Shown here one piece after another: positions 62,601 through 64,000 of a stretch of DNA of 64,000 nucleotides. The DNA comes from Octopus vulgaris (taxonomy: Eukaryota). The stretch covers positions 75,330,001 to 75,394,000 of the forward strand of contig OX597819.1 in assembly GCA_951406725.2 (NCBI GenBank), in the 5' to 3' direction. The translations under genes and the position numbers were made by a program. The stretch's first letter is position 1, and every line of letters begins with the position of its first letter. The notes under the pieces are model-generated. The model was given only the letters and a program-made list of their open reading frames with translations. It did no database searches and was not told the origin of the DNA.

Positions 62601-64000
62601 TCTGCTTATACAGTTTGTTGTCAAACTTTAAAATATGTGTTTTAAGTGTAATTCTCAGGCTGACACCGATAGCATGTGCGATGGTAGTTCTAATGTGTGC
62701 ATTTGAAGGTGGGTAGTCCGGCTTCATCCACCCCTGCCAGCGCTCACAGTGAGTCTTTCTGTATGCTGAGGTAATGGTAGGTGGTCTACCTCGTTTGTTA
62801 CGGGTGGGACAAGTATACAGAAGGTCATTGTGCGTCAGGTATTCATTGGTACACGTTAGGGCCAGGAAGAGCCCTAGTTCATATACATCCACATTTTTAA
62901 ATATCATATTGCTCTCACTAATTATTTCTATACATTTGTCGATAGCAAAGTCTACATCGATGGAGGGGTATAGTGATACCACATCCATGCTACCTACGAT
63001 GTGGTTCCTGAGGTCACACGTGTTGTTGCATTTGCGGATCCTGCTAAGGAGGTCCTCAGTACTGTCACATACATCCGCAGATAGCTCTATTAATGGTCGT
63101 AGGAATTGTGAGAGAAAATATGATATTTTGTGGTTGTTTGCATTGTTGGCACCACAAACGGGTCGGGTGGGTGGCCCAAGTATATGATCCATGTGGCTCT
63201 TATGATCTTTGCGAAGGCCATATAGGGGTGGGATTTCATTGTTGGTGGTTAAGAAGTTGTTTGCTGTGCGTTTCTCCGACTGGAGAATGATACTCCACAT
63301 CCCCATGTGAGCATTAATGATTTTTTCGTTTTTGATGTATTCGAGTGTTGTAGTTTCTGTCATGTCTCTGATGTGTGGTTGCATGTTTGAAATGTAATTA
63401 GATATGTTGTCAACAGACATTCTACCTGACTTGTCAGTTGGGAAGCATACAATCTCTCTGTTTTTGATACGATTTTTTAATTTGTTAAGGCCTTTCTTAA
63501 TTTTGGTGTCAAGACCGTGGGTCTTATTTATTGATCGTTCTTGTATATGCCTTTGGGTGTAATTAGAGAAAGCTGATAGAAGCTTGGATTTAGTAAGGGT
63601 AAACTTTGCTTCCAAAGCAGCGTCGGTATAGGGTGGCATGCATACTCTTTTGTTGAAGGGTAAGTTGGTAGGGTAGACACTTTTCATGTCAAATGACATG
63701 TCACGTTTATCATAGAAACAACGTATGGAATGGTTATAGTCAGACATGTATTGAGTGTCAGGATTTTGGTTGTGGTTAAAGTGTGTTCTCCATCTAAGTT
63801 TGGTGAAGCATTTTTCAATGTCAGATAGTATTGATATCTTACTAACCTTATTATACGTGGCGAACTTTGGAGGGAGTTCTAAGGCCGCGAGTTCATCAGT
63901 ATCCATTTGTACTCCTCCGTACACTCTTACGTTTCTTGTTAGCTGGTCATCATCTACTGGTTTGTCATTCATAGAGATCCCATCAATCGATTCAGTTTTG
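56700..64000 (-). mobile_element. Penelope-like retroelement (RT and GIY-YIG endonuclease), interrupted by an LTR element; runs off the window end
   Basis: PTDKSG, LYGLRKDHK, RPV, GSMDVVSLYPSI, QTKG.AI, RY-IDD, LPVLDI, and VYQIEC...SYIGETSK...RFKEH at ~57350-57480. Confidence 0.9.
58273..62468 (-). mobile_element. Compact, structurally complete Ty3/Gypsy LTR retrotransposon (4.2 kb) with 5-bp TSD
   Basis: TG...CA LTRs at 58273-58566 and 62189-62468; TSD GATGT. gag, LVDTG protease, YIDD RT, WCDAS RNase H, HHCC and DDE integrase; a few stops and frameshifts. Confidence 0.96.

Overview
AT-rich animal genomic DNA, very likely octopus, judged from the octopod-type tRNA-derived SINEs and dense (TA/CA)n tracts. 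Two host genes lie head-to-head. CRIPT is on the minus strand, with its first two coding exons at 6243-6228 and 2805-2740; the rest of the gene lies left of the window. A large sororin/CDCA5-like cohesin regulator is on the plus strand, with four coding exons from 20974 to 38305 that splice in phase to about 840 aa and end in the sororin C-terminal motif; a CHR/E2F-type promoter sits at about 12.2 kb. Introns and the intergenic region contain SINEs, MITEs, a piggyBac derivative, Penelope and Gypsy remnants, and a nearly intact RTE LINE. From 40.8 to 64 kb is a continuous nested transposon block: Tx1-like LINE with a piggyBac insert, Merlin, Gypsy, a Hero/R2-type RLE retrotransposon, a Helitron, and a Penelope with an LTR element inserted in its RT active-site codons. 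The most unusual signal is RNA-level: the Hero-like element is bounded by ~620-bp direct repeats, each carrying all hammerhead-ribozyme core motifs in a rearranged (non-circularly permuted) order. Several Penelope-type minimal hammerhead motifs also occur, one in the tail of a tRNA-headed SINE. All homology calls are from motif recognition by eye; no searches were run.
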